The position numbers and the translations under genes are program-made. Positions 11,801 through 23,640 of a stretch of 64,000 bases of DNA are shown piece by piece. The first letter of the stretch is position 1. Every line of letters starts with the position of its first letter. The notes below the pieces were generated by a model. It saw only the letters and a program-made list of their open reading frames with translations. It was not told the origin of the DNA and made no database searches. Origin of the DNA: Flectonema sp. DT1601 (taxonomy: Eukaryota); contig OZ025789.1 of NCBI GenBank assembly GCA_964019425.1, forward strand, positions 1,302,001 through 1,366,000, read 5' to 3'.

Positions 11801-12189
11801 GAGATAAGGTTGATGACTTACATATTACTGTTTATGAACTACTATCTCAGAAGATGGTTCGTAAATTAGAAGCTGAGTGGACAGACGCTACTGATGATGT
11901 TGCTGTAACTGATATGACTATCGTAGACCACGAACAGAGCATGGCAAACCTCTTAAAGGGACGTACTTCTGCTATTGATGGCTTAAAAAAGAACTACGCA
12001 CTCAACCCAGCTGATATTGTACTTCAAAATGTCATTTCTATGTTTGAGGACCCAATCAAGGCAGATGGAGCCCGTTGTGAAGTTCAGTTCACTAGTGTTC
12101 CTGATTCGGCTAATTTTCATCGTCAAAAAGGCCAAAAAAGCCCTAGCCCTTCTCCAGATACCTCCCCAAGTTACCTTCTGCCCCCCTGA
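8845..12189 (+). CDS. Receptor-type adenylate cyclase, paralog 2
   Basis: Same catalytic motifs (FTDIEGST, VKTIGDAFM, GTTVNTASRLE). Collinear with 2278-5532 at an offset of about 6615. CAG acceptor at 8836-8838. Confidence 0.92.
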   Translation: MSAPLVPATNDHSCSDILVNVPSSGELSEHSASGSAYFEGGSGCKLLSVRFIFAAIFSVSIVMAVTFTSVLMISTYSEAVDDTKRNGEVATTQCFQQAERSLDTVASDLLTYSTEAVAGQIQNSFDLGWKHLQALEGIVASYAIPSVNSTSWYGNIHVKKALWTHLEFYRWPEDELPFITAIGIYIDDGFLSNLIHGGNQLALHVKGNSAFLYPLGPSGEYSPVGYPTGFKNTDSAALVAARIDNVWPKGAYRWASLEKVNSFVGYTMVGQGSVHGLDLNVMCSMTLQSLSSFMENLVKTSRKLSGSETRMYTVVAKSWIKERKKEIWDNYTMSSSYPLPAAEHAAMERDYADWWKFDQEHLLTSVSDGKVISDPGAVNPYLPDVEATDDVIHAVAVAVQAFPNKYQGINENGATKVNVIRVNSTNNSTYSERFFAQVTPVKNRYGIDWWLTTAIDEKYVYGEVTKKQVELQMEIITKTADVDSTIDRKRTLTLVIIAVIGLGLTLVSLACGHVTMIPLKRLSIDMNDVAVMKLDRISTFTHLSSLREIRLMQQHFHKMVQNLMEYRAYVPNAVMRQEVLVEPPATSSVAIVFTDIEGSTALWNFNPSSMNAALEIHNNVMRQAAIRHLGYEVKTIGDAFMMAFEKPLNAVEFGLTVQQNLRSAEWPADLCFDQDGLRVRIGCHFGEVVHEENPMTGRTDYRGTTVNTASRLEGKAKGCTVCITSELKDVLSQEMDNMSSIKSLPFGSHELKGLGTGHDLILLAHKDVTITDRAKYKDISPTPGNLVGREKYEKSSQGGSTGSGGMTLKSSGVGLSPGVKRHSRKPTGLSLVSGTATVAMCVLKSRHRNNLFDDFNLMVRFVSEASNTCDGVVGAVTGTSILISWNTSKAAKRHHFNAMNFAAVLERRASRIMTVGIATGVVLHGNIGTQKQRFHTVCGDPMDCSRALADHANAIGAFCLVGDCTRDDRLAEDKSFIRTIDAWLLRDKVDDLHITVYELLSQKMVRKLEAEWTDATDDVAVTDMTIVDHEQSMANLLKGRTSAIDGLKKNYALNPADIVLQNVISMFEDPIKADGARCEVQFTSVPDSANFHRQKGQKSPSPSPDTSPSYLLPP

Positions 12190-13020
12190 AAAAAAGCATT
12201 CCATTTCAGCGGTTGACTCGTGTTGTAGGTAACTAAGGTGCATGGCTGTGGCTGCTGCTTCCTGCATTGGAAAAATCTTATTATTACGTTATATATTCTT
12301 GAGAGAAATAAATAATAATTAATGAAATTAAAAAAAGAAAAAAAAAGTAAAAATCAAAACCGCAGCAATGAAGGAAAAATAATAATAAAATAAATGAAAA
12401 GGGGATGGGGGGGGGGGGGAGGAAAAAAAAAGAAGGAAAGGAAAAAAAAAAGAAGAAAGAATTTTTCTCTCCTTCGCTTTTGTTAGGAAATTAATTTAGG
12501 GGAAAAAAAAAATAATATTATAAAAAAAAATAAACGAAACGAAGAGAAAAAAAAACTTTCAATGATATTTGTATAGGAAGGAATTATATCGCTCCCCCCG
12601 GAAAGAAAAAAAAAAAAAAAAAGTGTCAGCAACTCCATGTGGTTGTTGGACCGTTAGCCTTTACTTCTCTTTCCTTTGTGGTTATGTAATTAAATATTTA
12701 TTTTATGTTCGTCTCTTTTTTTTGGTGAAAGAGGGAGGGAAAAAAAAAAAAAAAAAAAAAAAAAGACAATATTAAAACCCATATAAAGCATTTGTTTGTG
12801 CCTACTTTTTTCCCATTCAATCACCAACAAAAAAAAAAAACCGTATTTTTTGATTTTATTATCTGCTGTGCTTAGTTTTTAATATCTGAGCACTCATTCA
12901 AGCAATCATCTTTTTTATATGCGAAGGTTTTCCAACAAAAAAAAAAAAAAAAAAAACACGTAGTGAGTAGTTTGTGTAAAAAAATAATTGCGCCGGTGAA
13001 AGACATTTTTGGCAGCTTAA

Positions 13021-13061
<41 letters not shown>

Positions 13062-13252
13062 TTGGAAAAACGGTTCTTGCTGATGTTTTTGCTTCTCGTT
13101 GTTGGCCCTTTGTTTGTTTGTTTTATTTTTTTTTTTTAGAAATATTAGGGTATGGTAAAAAACGTCTAGTTCTATTTTTTACGCTACCAGAGACTTAGTT
13201 CAATTGCGTTCGCTACAATTTGAGGCTGCTATTATAGTTATCCCCTTTTCAA

Positions 13253-13395
13253 TAACCCCCCCCCATTGGGACCTTTTCTCTAGTCACTGTATCTAAAACT
13301 AATGTTAAATTATCGTTATGTTGTTTATGATACAATACATTTGTATTTTACGTACAAAATCAAACAGTTAACCCCCTATTGGGACCTTTTCTCTA
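13253..13395. repeat. Dispersed repeat family B, copy 1: ~87 bp core flanked by a direct repeat
   Basis: Core 13281-13367 nearly matches 57446-57533. ATTGGGACCTTTTCTCTA occurs at 13265-13282 and 13378-13395, each preceded by TAACCCCC. Confidence 0.85.
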
Positions 13396-14537
13396 TACTC
13401 TTTCATCTCTCAGCAAACATGCCAACTTCGTAATCCACGTCAATTCAACAAAAATTAAAAAAAAAACAAAAACATTTTTTTTAAAAAAAAAAAAAAAAAA
13501 AAACTTTTCTTATTTGTTTGACCCTTTTTTTTTTTTTTTTTTCTTTACTTTCGCTGATCTTTGAGTTCTTAGTCTTGTCCTTGGGTAGGGTAAAGGTTAT
13601 ATCTTCAACAATCTTGTGTCAGTTCGAAAAAAAAAAAAAAGGGAGGGGGGCGGGGAGGAAAATAAAAAAAAGGAAAAAATCGGTACCTCACTAAATAATT
13701 CTCACTTTGTTTTGAAAATGCATGTTGTTTGCCGATTCTTATATTAAAGATGTCCTCCCATCGTATTAAAAAACCCCCCCCTTGCCTTAATTTTCACTAC
13801 CTACCCAGCCACCCAGTATCAAGTTGGCGCAGCTCTCTGTTTCTCCTGAGCATGCCTTTTTTTTAGTTATTCGCTCCCTTATAACCTGAGTGGTCATAAT
13901 AGCAGAGGGTTCATAAAATGAAATCTGTTGTCTCGTTTCTTCCCAGTACTTATTTGCTTTTAATGATAAGTTTATATTAAGATGTACTGTGTATCCTTGA
14001 CTAATGGTCTCTTGTTTTTTTTTTTTTCATCCCCTTTCCCTTTTGTTATTTGTTTGTATTCTTGATTTGATTTTCTTTTTTTTTTTTAAAAGGAGGTAGA
14101 CTAATTTTTTTGATTAGTGTTTTTTTGCGCTAATTTGTGTAATCTTTTATTATTTTTTTTCCGAATTTTGATGAAATCAAAAAAAAAAAAACCAAAAAAA
14201 AAAAAAAAAAAAAACCATTATTGAATAAAATAAAAAAGCATTGGGGTGGCTGTTTTCATAAGTTACACACGGATTGAGACAAATCAAATTTGGCCTGTTT
14301 TAAAGTCATTTTTTTGCCTTTTCCCGCAATTCCGATGTAGACAATAGTTAATATCCTGTTAAAATGATAAAACATTTTTTTTTAATATTATTTTTACTTT
14401 TTTTTTAAAGTATATTCATCACTAATCATATTGCGTCCAACTGCTAAGGCGAAAACGCGCATGTCAAAAGAAAAAAAAAAAAAAATTGAAATTAGTGAAG
14501 GATTATAAGCAGAAAACAAAAAAGAAAAAAAAGGAGG

Positions 14538-14571
<34 letters not shown>

Positions 14572-17500
14572 CAAAGTATCGGCACCTTACTCATTCTCGC
14601 TTTTTTATTTTTTTGTTGTTCTTTGTTGATGGATTCCAATTTAAAACTCCAAGACGTTGTGTTCTCTCTTCACAATAGGACTACGAAGAGTTAGTGTACG
14701 ATGATCTAAAGTCATTCCAAAAAAAAAAAAAAAAAAATATAAAGAAGAAGGAAGGAAATACCGAGCTCAGTCCTGCATTATAGTGACTCACAGAGCATCT
14801 CTTTGTCATGTAATATTGTTGAAGTCATTTCACATATTTCTTTGAAATGTGTTCCTCCCTGATCAGTTTGCATTCTTTCTTTTTGATCACGTTGGGATAA
14901 TACGGAATTGACAGTGGAACTTGTTTGAATCTCGTTACTCGGTTAAGACAGAAAGGGAACAAAAAAAAAAAAAAAAAAAAGAGGAATCTGATTGTAAGCC
15001 CTGCGATGGTGGACCGATGGGCACACTGCGGGTGGGGGTAGAGCTTCATTTTTGTTTCCCCTCCCCTCTTTTTTTTGTTCGATCCCTCTCACTACAGACA
15101 CCTCACTTTACGGAATGATAGGTAGCTTGTCTTAGCTTATTCCAAGCGAGGGGTAATTTTGTTTTTTTTGGCTACTTTTTTTTAAGCGAACAACTGATAT
15201 CGTTATCCAAGTTGCGAGAACCATAACCGGGATTGGGTATGTCTTTCCACTGGCTTTACGAAAAAGCTCCCTCAAGAGAAAACCGTGCAATGCTAAGATA
15301 GTGAATCTGTTGTTCGTTTGTCAACAGTACCTCGATAACGTGTACCAATCAGAATCTTTCTTGTATGTCGCTCTGGCTATACTTCCTTTTGGCACGCATT
15401 TTTCTTTTTCTTTTTATTTTTTATTTATATGTGTGTATGGTTGTTGCTTCGCTTCCGCATAGGAGCTCTGGTAGCTAGTAGGCTGCCCTTTTCAAAAAAA
15501 AAAAAAAAAAAAAACACAAATATCTTTCTATTAAGATGCCACTTTCTTTCCTTCTGATGCGAATTTTTTTATTTTGGTTTACAGCAGATCGTCGGCAGTT
15601 TGTTATTGAAAAAAAGAAAAAAAGAAAAAAAAGTATTTTTTTTTTTGTCCCCCTCTTTTTTCTCTCTCTGCTACAACCTTTTACTACGCCCCGAGCCGTT
15701 TGCACTTTGCGTCGCCTTGGTCGAGCTGCTGTTTTTACTTTGTTTATTCTTTGTCTTTGTTACTCTCATACTTATTTTGTTTTTACTTCTTGATTCTTCC
15801 CTGCGGGGAAAGTTTTTTTTTTTTTTTTTTTTAAATCTTCCTTAATTTTATTTGTTCCGCCTGGTGAGTGAATTAGCTAAGAAAAAAAAATATATGAAAA
15901 TCTTGTTTTGTAGCTGTAGTTAAAAAATAAAAAATAATAATAATAATTATAGTAAAATAACTCTCGTCCCTGTGTCATTTGTGTCTTATCTGTGATACCA
16001 CATCAAGGATATGATAAAAGTATTTAAAAAAAAAAAAAAAAAAAAAAAAACGATTTAGGTTTTTCAATTTCAGTTACGTATTAGAGACGCATTTTTGCCT
16101 GAAAGCCTTGATTTTATTCCCGTACAAGTAAAAAAAAAAAAAAAAAAATTACAATAAAAATTATTTTTTTTTTTTCCCCTTTTTTTTTTTTTCTTCTTTT
16201 TCCCTCGTAGGGACTGATTATTGTTATTCAGGCCTACCCCCGCCTCCCTTTTTGTTTGTGAGAGTTAATGACTACGAAAAAGAATTATGATAATAAATAG
16301 TTCGGGGTGACCACAGAGACATCCGGTTGGTGCATGAACACCCGTTTCACCTGATTTCAAGCCCCTCCCTTACTTTACTTCTTGTGATTAGTTACTCACT
16401 AATTCAATAAAAAAACCCTAGCAGTTGAGGTAACCCCTATGTCGTACCGCAAATCACACCCACCCACATAGAAAGGAGCAACATATGCATGACTTCGTCT
16501 AGCTTGCTTTTAGTTGAGTAGGTTAAGACAATATCTAATAAAAAAAATACTGTCCTCCAACACGAAAAAAAAAGATATAGTTTTTTTTTTATTTTTGCGC
16601 GAAAAATCTGGCAGTTCAGAAGGGTGACTGAAAATAAGGCTTTTTTTTTTTTTTTTTTTCCCCCCTACTTCCTTTTCTTCCCCCACTTTTCTTCCGCCTT
16701 CCAGTTTTTACGGCATCTGCAATGTTTGCATTAAAAAAAAAAAAAAATTAACAAAAATAATCGATAAAAAGGCGTGGATTTAATCTTTTTTAGTGACACC
16801 TGACTTTAGTTGTCAGTGTGAAGATCGATGACGCAGTGTATTTGCCCCACATCACACCTGTTCTACTGTAGACTTTTTGTGTTGGTAGTGTCTTCCCCTT
16901 CTTTTGGTGTGATTAAGGGGCGACGTGTGCTGTTTAATTTGTTGCCTCGCTCATTACGTGAGCTTATTTGAAAAAAAAAAAAAATTGCCTTAAATTTCGT
17001 ATCCCCAGCTTAAAGATAAAAAAACCTATTGAATTACTGTAGTTCAACCACCGCAATATATAATGACATCACAAGTTCGATTCCCCCCGCAATTTATTTT
17101 TCTTTGATTGCGAATTTTCTTTGTTTTGCGACGTAACCCGAATAATGTTCGATGGTAACTTGCTCCCTAGTCACGGCTTTTTCCCTTTTATCTCACTATC
17201 GTTTTTTGTTTGCGTTTCTAAGTATTTTTTTGCTTATCTTTGCGACATAGGGATGTGTGCTATTTGCTTTATGCACCAAGATTTATATCAGTTTGTTGCT
17301 GCTATTGGTGGTAGTGCAGAGTTATATTACAACACAAACCGAACTGTATACTGTGTCTCAGAAATACGAGTTGAGTATTATTATGAAAATAAAAAAACAT
17401 CCTATATTTAATAAGACATTCACGCAATGGCTTTATTGCTCAAGCCATTTTACCTTTTGACTAAATAAATTGGCATGATACTTATTGGCCTGGCAATATA

Positions 17501-20500
17501 TAGATTTGACGCATCAATGACTTGAGGTCGCTGTTGTAAGAGCCGTAGTTCAGCATAAGATGTTGCCCCTCCTGCTTGATAAAAACAGTATCAATTTACC
17601 CCCCTAGTCAATTGTTAAAGTTTCACCCCCCCTGGTCCGACCACCCTGTAGTGATACAACACAGTTGTGATTTTTATAAAATCAAAACATCCTCCCTGTA
17701 GTTATTGCGATTTTTACAGCTTTTCTTGTTATTTTTTTTATCTTCATTTTGTGAATTATACTGCGGCTGTGCATTTTGTGTGGCCTTTTTCCAATTGTAC
17801 TCTACAAGATAGCTGCCATGCGATTCGTCGTTTCACTTTGAAAAGAGGGAGTGACGTTTCTAATTTACTCACTCAGTTTACTTATAAACCCTATTTTACT
17901 AATAATTCGCCTAATTAGTAGCTAGTTGCAAGCACGTCTAATATACAGCAATGAGTTAGCTGTTGACTATTTTTTTCAAGCGACAGTTGCTTAGGTTGAG
18001 TTATTTTGTTTTATTGTTATCTTACAAGACTCTTTCTCAAAGAGTCTTGAGAATGAGAAAAATACCCCCTAGTTAACCACTTACCCACTTTTTAACCAAA
18101 AAAAAAAAAACCAAAGCAAAAACAAAAACAAAAAAAACTAAATTATTTTTATCATATTATCTCATCTCTACGCTTTAATCACGTAGCATTTGCGTGCTCA
18201 ACTGACCATTGATTGAGATTTTACGCTTTTAGAGAAGACTTCTTTAAGCAATCCCTTTTCTATATCGTTTCGTAGATCTTTTTTTTTTATACACCAAAAA
18301 CAAAAAAAATTAGGGAAAAGAGAGAGCCATCTGAAGGCAAATACTGCGAAAGGGGCAGATTCGCAGTTCTGAAATAGCAAAAAAAGGGCAACAATAAAAA
18401 AAAAAAATGAGAAAATAATATTATTTTGTGCATAGCAACACTTTTCCTCCCACATACCTCCCCCTAGTACTAGTGATTGTGGGATTGAAGCTGAGCAATG
18501 TACCGTTGGAGCCATATCTCAGTGCACATCTTTTTTCTTTGAAATATTTTCTAAGCGATTCCCGATAATAATGATTCCGTGGTGGATTGTGGGGGTTTCT
18601 TCTATGTTTAAAAAAAAGAAGAAAAAAAAAAATTCTTTTTTTTTTTTTTTCCCCCCTCCTTTTGGTTCCTTTTTAGTTTTGATATTCCCCTTTTTCCCCT
18701 CCTTTTTTATTTTGATGTCTGTGGGGTTGACACCATCAAGATGGTGTGCAGTTTGCTGCGAATCTATCTACTCACTCTTCCAGCAAATGCTTATTCATAC
18801 AGGTTGTTTATTGGTTCAAGTCACTCCTTTCTTTGAGGTGTGATTAGATAATATAAGGTCGTCTATTGCTCTACCGTATTTAGCGATTTGTTCTGTAGGG
18901 GTATGCATAATAGCTTTATTCTTCCGAAGAGAATAAAAGGGAAAAAAAAAATTAGACTGCATTAGCAAGATGCTTTGTTGATGTTGAGAAGGCAGTTGTT
19001 GTCAGAAGAACGTCTCAGCAATATTGCGATGCAGTGAAAGCTGAAAACCTCTGTTATAAATGTCTAAATGATGTTAACAAGAATGTAATGCTTGGTTGCA
19101 TCGCCTGGTGTGCATTCACAGAAAGCAGTTCTGACTACTATCTTGGGTTAGATTTCGACATGTCAGGTTTCCGTTTCTTCTTTCCTATTCCCTTTGTTGT
19201 TTAAAGCAGCAAGCCTGATTATTTAGTGATGGGAATCAATTTAGCGTCTCTGAGGTATTTCGCAGAGTTTTTTACTGTTATTTTTGTTTGATTGTGCTTA
19301 GCGGCACTTCAGTGAAATGCTTTTTGCAATTATTGAATATGGTCTCTTGTTTAGTAAAAGCATTGTCATGTTTTTTTTTGTTTTTTTTTTTTGAGCGAAA
19401 TTTTGCTCGAAACTCGTAACCGTTCGTTGATATATGTTGTGAGAGGATGTCATCTCCACAATAAAGAAGGTGGATAGAACACTCCCTTGTAGTTTATCTC
19501 ATAAAAAGGTTACAGTTGCAGAACGCTGCTGGTTCTTAGTAGCAGAAGACCTGGGGCAAGACAAAACTGAGACGGCTATTGATGGCATCATTTGTTGGTG
19601 GCTTTCCTTTTTTCCATTTTTTTATGTTTTCTGTTCTTGCGTTGAAATAATGGGCTTCCGGATTGATTGAAAAGCGAGAACCCCTGTCTTAACACGTGCG
19701 CGTTTTCCTTTTCTATTTTTGTTCCCTTGCAAACACCTCCTTTGCAAAACGGGTTCGGAATTGCCCTCTGGGCGAACGACCCACAAAAGAAACCACTCGT
19801 CATCACCAGAATTGATGAGGATTATTTTTTAAAAAAAAAGATTAAAAAAAGTAAAAAAGTAAAATGAAATAACCAAATAACATAAAACGAAAGAAAACAA
19901 GAAGATTTTGTGAAATCCCCAGTAGGTCAGTGGTGGCTCGATATAGCTTCCTGGAGGTGATGCAGTGGTTGTTTCGCTTTGAGTGACAGGCTTGACCCCT
20001 CAGAGTAAATTTACTGAATGCAAACCTCGATAAGAGCAAGACTACTAATAATAAGCTACAGAAAAAAGAAACCAGTGGAAAGAGAGAAAAAAAGAGAGGA
20101 AAAAAAAAAAAAAAAAAAAAGCTTGCACTTTTTTTGTATTCCTTTGGAGCTTTAGTTATATTTTAATCTTTTGAGTAAGTCCCTTTTTCTACCCCATTAT
20201 CTCCTTTCGTGAAGGACCTGTTTTTCCTTATCCCCTTTCTATTGCCAGTTTCTTGGCCATTTTCTGCTAACAAATAGTTCTTTTACCCCACAAGCGTTCA
20301 AATAGCAGCGCTTGATGCTTGCACACTTTGACGCATTGTCAGTTGTTATCTTCTACCCGTATATCATGTACACGACCCGTTGGGTGTAGTATTTCTCGAC
20401 TTTCTGAAGTCTACCGGAAAAAAAAAAAAAAAAGAAAAAAAAAGTGTAACCTAAACACTCATTTCTCGTTTTGGCAGCAACGATGTAGAACAACGACTGA

Positions 20501-23465
20501 GAATGAATGACCAGTTGCACCAACATGCATTTTTGTAGAAAATTCTAAAGACCCTCTAAAGTACAACCGTGGAGAAACAATTTCTCTTCCGTGTATATGC
20601 TGGTGAAACAAAAAACACAATTACAGGTATTATAACGTGGGAAAAAAATCAGATGTGACCTTTTTTTTTAATACGGGACTTCTTTCCAAGAATCTTGCTG
20701 ACTCACCATGTCATATAAACCAAAAAAAAAAAAAAAAAATTTAAAAAAAAAAAAGATTTCTATTCGTTTCATTGGTGAATTGCAGAAGAAATCGATTTTT
20801 TTTTTTTTTTTTTTTTGGTTTGAGGGTTACAATGGGAATGTTGGAGTGTTTTCTACTCTCGTTTTAACAGAATTCTCATCGGCGGCTACTGCGTGTTTCG
20901 TAGTAGTACCCACACATAGAAGTTCTACGCGCCTATTAGAAAATGTTACTTTTGTGGGACATTTTTCTTTCTATCTTTACCCCGCTCCTTTTTTTTTCTT
21001 TTTGTGTTTTTTTTCTTTTCTATGTTCTCCTATCCGCCTTTGGAAACATACTGAAAATAATCACAGCTTTTGCGACTAGTTGACGAATGAAGGGAGACAG
21101 CTTAGTTATAAGTTGTCTTTTTTTTTTTGTTTGTAGACTATTTGCATTTGTAGAAGGGGTATTTTTGCAATAATTTCTAAGTTTAAAAAAAAAGAAAGAT
21201 TACTGATTCAAAAAGATGAATGAACAGAACCTAATATAATTTTTTTTTTTTTTTTTTTTTTTTTTTTGAAGTCAAAATATTTTGTATCCCCCAATCTCAT
21301 TTGTATTCCCGTCCCTTCTTTTTTTTTTTGTGCGTATTATGCTATTTAAACTATTCTAAAACTATACTAAACTAAAAAAAAAAATTTACTTCACCACATC
21401 CCTGATATAGCGAAATCTGGATGGTTTTCATTTCGAGGTTTTTTTTTTTTGAAAATTTTTTTGAAATTTTTTTTATTTGCTGTAGGTTTTGCTTTTTTCA
21501 AAGTATCTACAAAATCATCATGTTTGCTTTCGGGTCAAACCCAAAGCTGTCCAAAAACCGAAAATAAAAGATGTGATCACAGAGAATTTCAAAAAAAACA
21601 AAAGTTATCTACAGCAAAGGCATTATCAGATGGCACATTATTGGCCCAATGCTCGGAGAGTGCAATGCCGCATTAGTCCATTTTCATCAGGCAAAGGCGC
21701 TAAAAAAGTTTTTTTTTTTTTTTTTCTCTTTTTTTCTTTTATGTATTTATTTTTATTGTCTGCATTGTGTTCAGATTAACTTTTAAGATAAACAACTAGG
21801 TACCCTTGGTTATTGTTTTTTTTTTTTTTTTTTTTTTGAAAGAAAATCAAAGCGTTTTTTATTACCGAATATGATGCTGTTCGTCTGAATAAAATTCAGA
21901 TGAACAGCTTAAGAAGAAAAAAAAAAAAAAACACACTTTTTTTTTTCGTTTCGTCTATTTCCGTCTGTCCCTATTGCTTTATTCTAACCGTATCCCAGAT
22001 AATTTATTGCGGTGAGAGAATTGTTTTCTCTTTCGAAAAAAAAAAAAAAAAAAATCCCGGAATCCCTCTTCCAACTTCCCTTACGAGACGTAGCCTACCG
22101 ACTTTGACTGTTTTTCCTGTAGAATGTGACAGTGGTCGCGTTTAAGAGGCAAGAAACAGAACTACTTTTCCTTGCGATACTGGTAACCTGTTTTAGTTTA
22201 TGCCCTTCTTTGTTTCAGTTGTGTTTTAACACATGAAAAAATCAAAAAAAAAAAAAAAAAACACATGTTGTGTTTCGTTTATTAAAAAAGCATAGTAACG
22301 TAGTTGAACGAGGGCATCTCACTGACTTGGGGCAACAACGCTACCGCTGTCCTATTGCAGTCTAATTGTATACGGTAAAAACCTGGCTCATTATTTTTAT
22401 TTTATTTTATTATTATATTGATATGATTTGCTGATTTTGTTAGTTAGTTTTTATCTCACGTATCGTATCGGGATTTTTCGTTCTGTGGTTGTTTCAAGAC
22501 GGAAACGAACTGTAGAGCAGCTAAAAATAATCAGCTATTCACTTACCATCATATCATCTCTCCATTTTCTTTGAATATTTCGAAGCGCACTACGCTAGCA
22601 AGTTATTTTTTATGAGGGGATTTTATCTTTTTTTTTTTGCAATGGTCGGTTCAGATTCTGGTAATGACCATTGACAGAAAAAAAAAAAAAAACTTCGTAA
22701 CTTATAAACGACTAATGTAAAGAACGAGTGCAAACATGATTTCTAAATCTTTGTATAATTTTTCTCTTTTTTTTTTGTTTTTTTTATATAAGTGGCGACT
22801 AATATTCTTTCTTTCTTAGCGTCTCCTTGCGTAGTGTTCTTATACTACTTTGCCTAGTCAAATGGAAGGAGAATAGGACACAGTCCTCGAGTAACCCTAT
22901 TTGAGAAATAATGAGGATATGCAGAGTACTACTAAATGCTGGTGTTTTAGTCAACGTAGTTTCAACTGTACTCCAGGTAGGTTTCTATTTTTTTTTTTTT
23001 CATGACACGAAAGCAAATTACGCGATAATCGAAATGTTCTTTTTTTTTTTTTTTTAAGTATGCGTAAATGTACAACTTTATTAGTGTACGGATATATAAG
23101 AAAAAAAATTAAAATTAAAATAAATGAAAATGGAGTTTCGAGTGTGCGATTAAGAAATATCGCCCACATTCCGAAAGGCTCTTTAGTGTCCCATTCCTCC
23201 CTCTGTGCCTTTCTATTTGGTCCTAACAATTTATTTTTCACTCCTTTTTTTTCTTCTTTTTTAAAGTTCATATTACTAAAGAAAAAAAAGGGAAATAAAT
23301 ATAAGTTGTAATTTTCTTTTTGGATCTCAAAATAAATATCTTTTTAAAAAAAAAAAAAAAAAAAAAAAGGGAATTGCAAACCCGACATATGCAACCACCG
23401 CACCCCTGTTGTTTCTTCATTGTTAAACTGTTCCTTTTTTCTCCCCGTTCGTCATCTTTCAATGG

Positions 23466-23640
23466 GACAAAAATATAATTTTCCCTCTTGTTTTAATTTT
23501 TCTAAACGTAATTTTTCTTTGTTTAACAACAACAAGTATTTTTTCAGTCAAGTACTTGATGTTAATTTTGTTTTTAATAAATGAATAAATAAATACCTAA
23601 AGTTGTTATTGTTTTTACATTGTCAAAAGTTTCACTCCCC
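23466..23640. repeat. Dispersed repeat family C, copy 1 (~170 bp)
   Basis: Shares ordered blocks AAACGTA..TTTTCTTT..AACAAC..TCAG(T/A)CAAGTAC..TTAATTTT..AAGTTGTTA..TGTCAAA with 57555-57725 and 58147-58296. Confidence 0.75.

Noticed and set aside
18025..18049. Perfect 11-bp hairpin CAAGACTCTTT-CTC-AAAGAGTCTTG
   Set aside because: Single occurrence with no supporting context. Bacterial terminator logic does not apply here.
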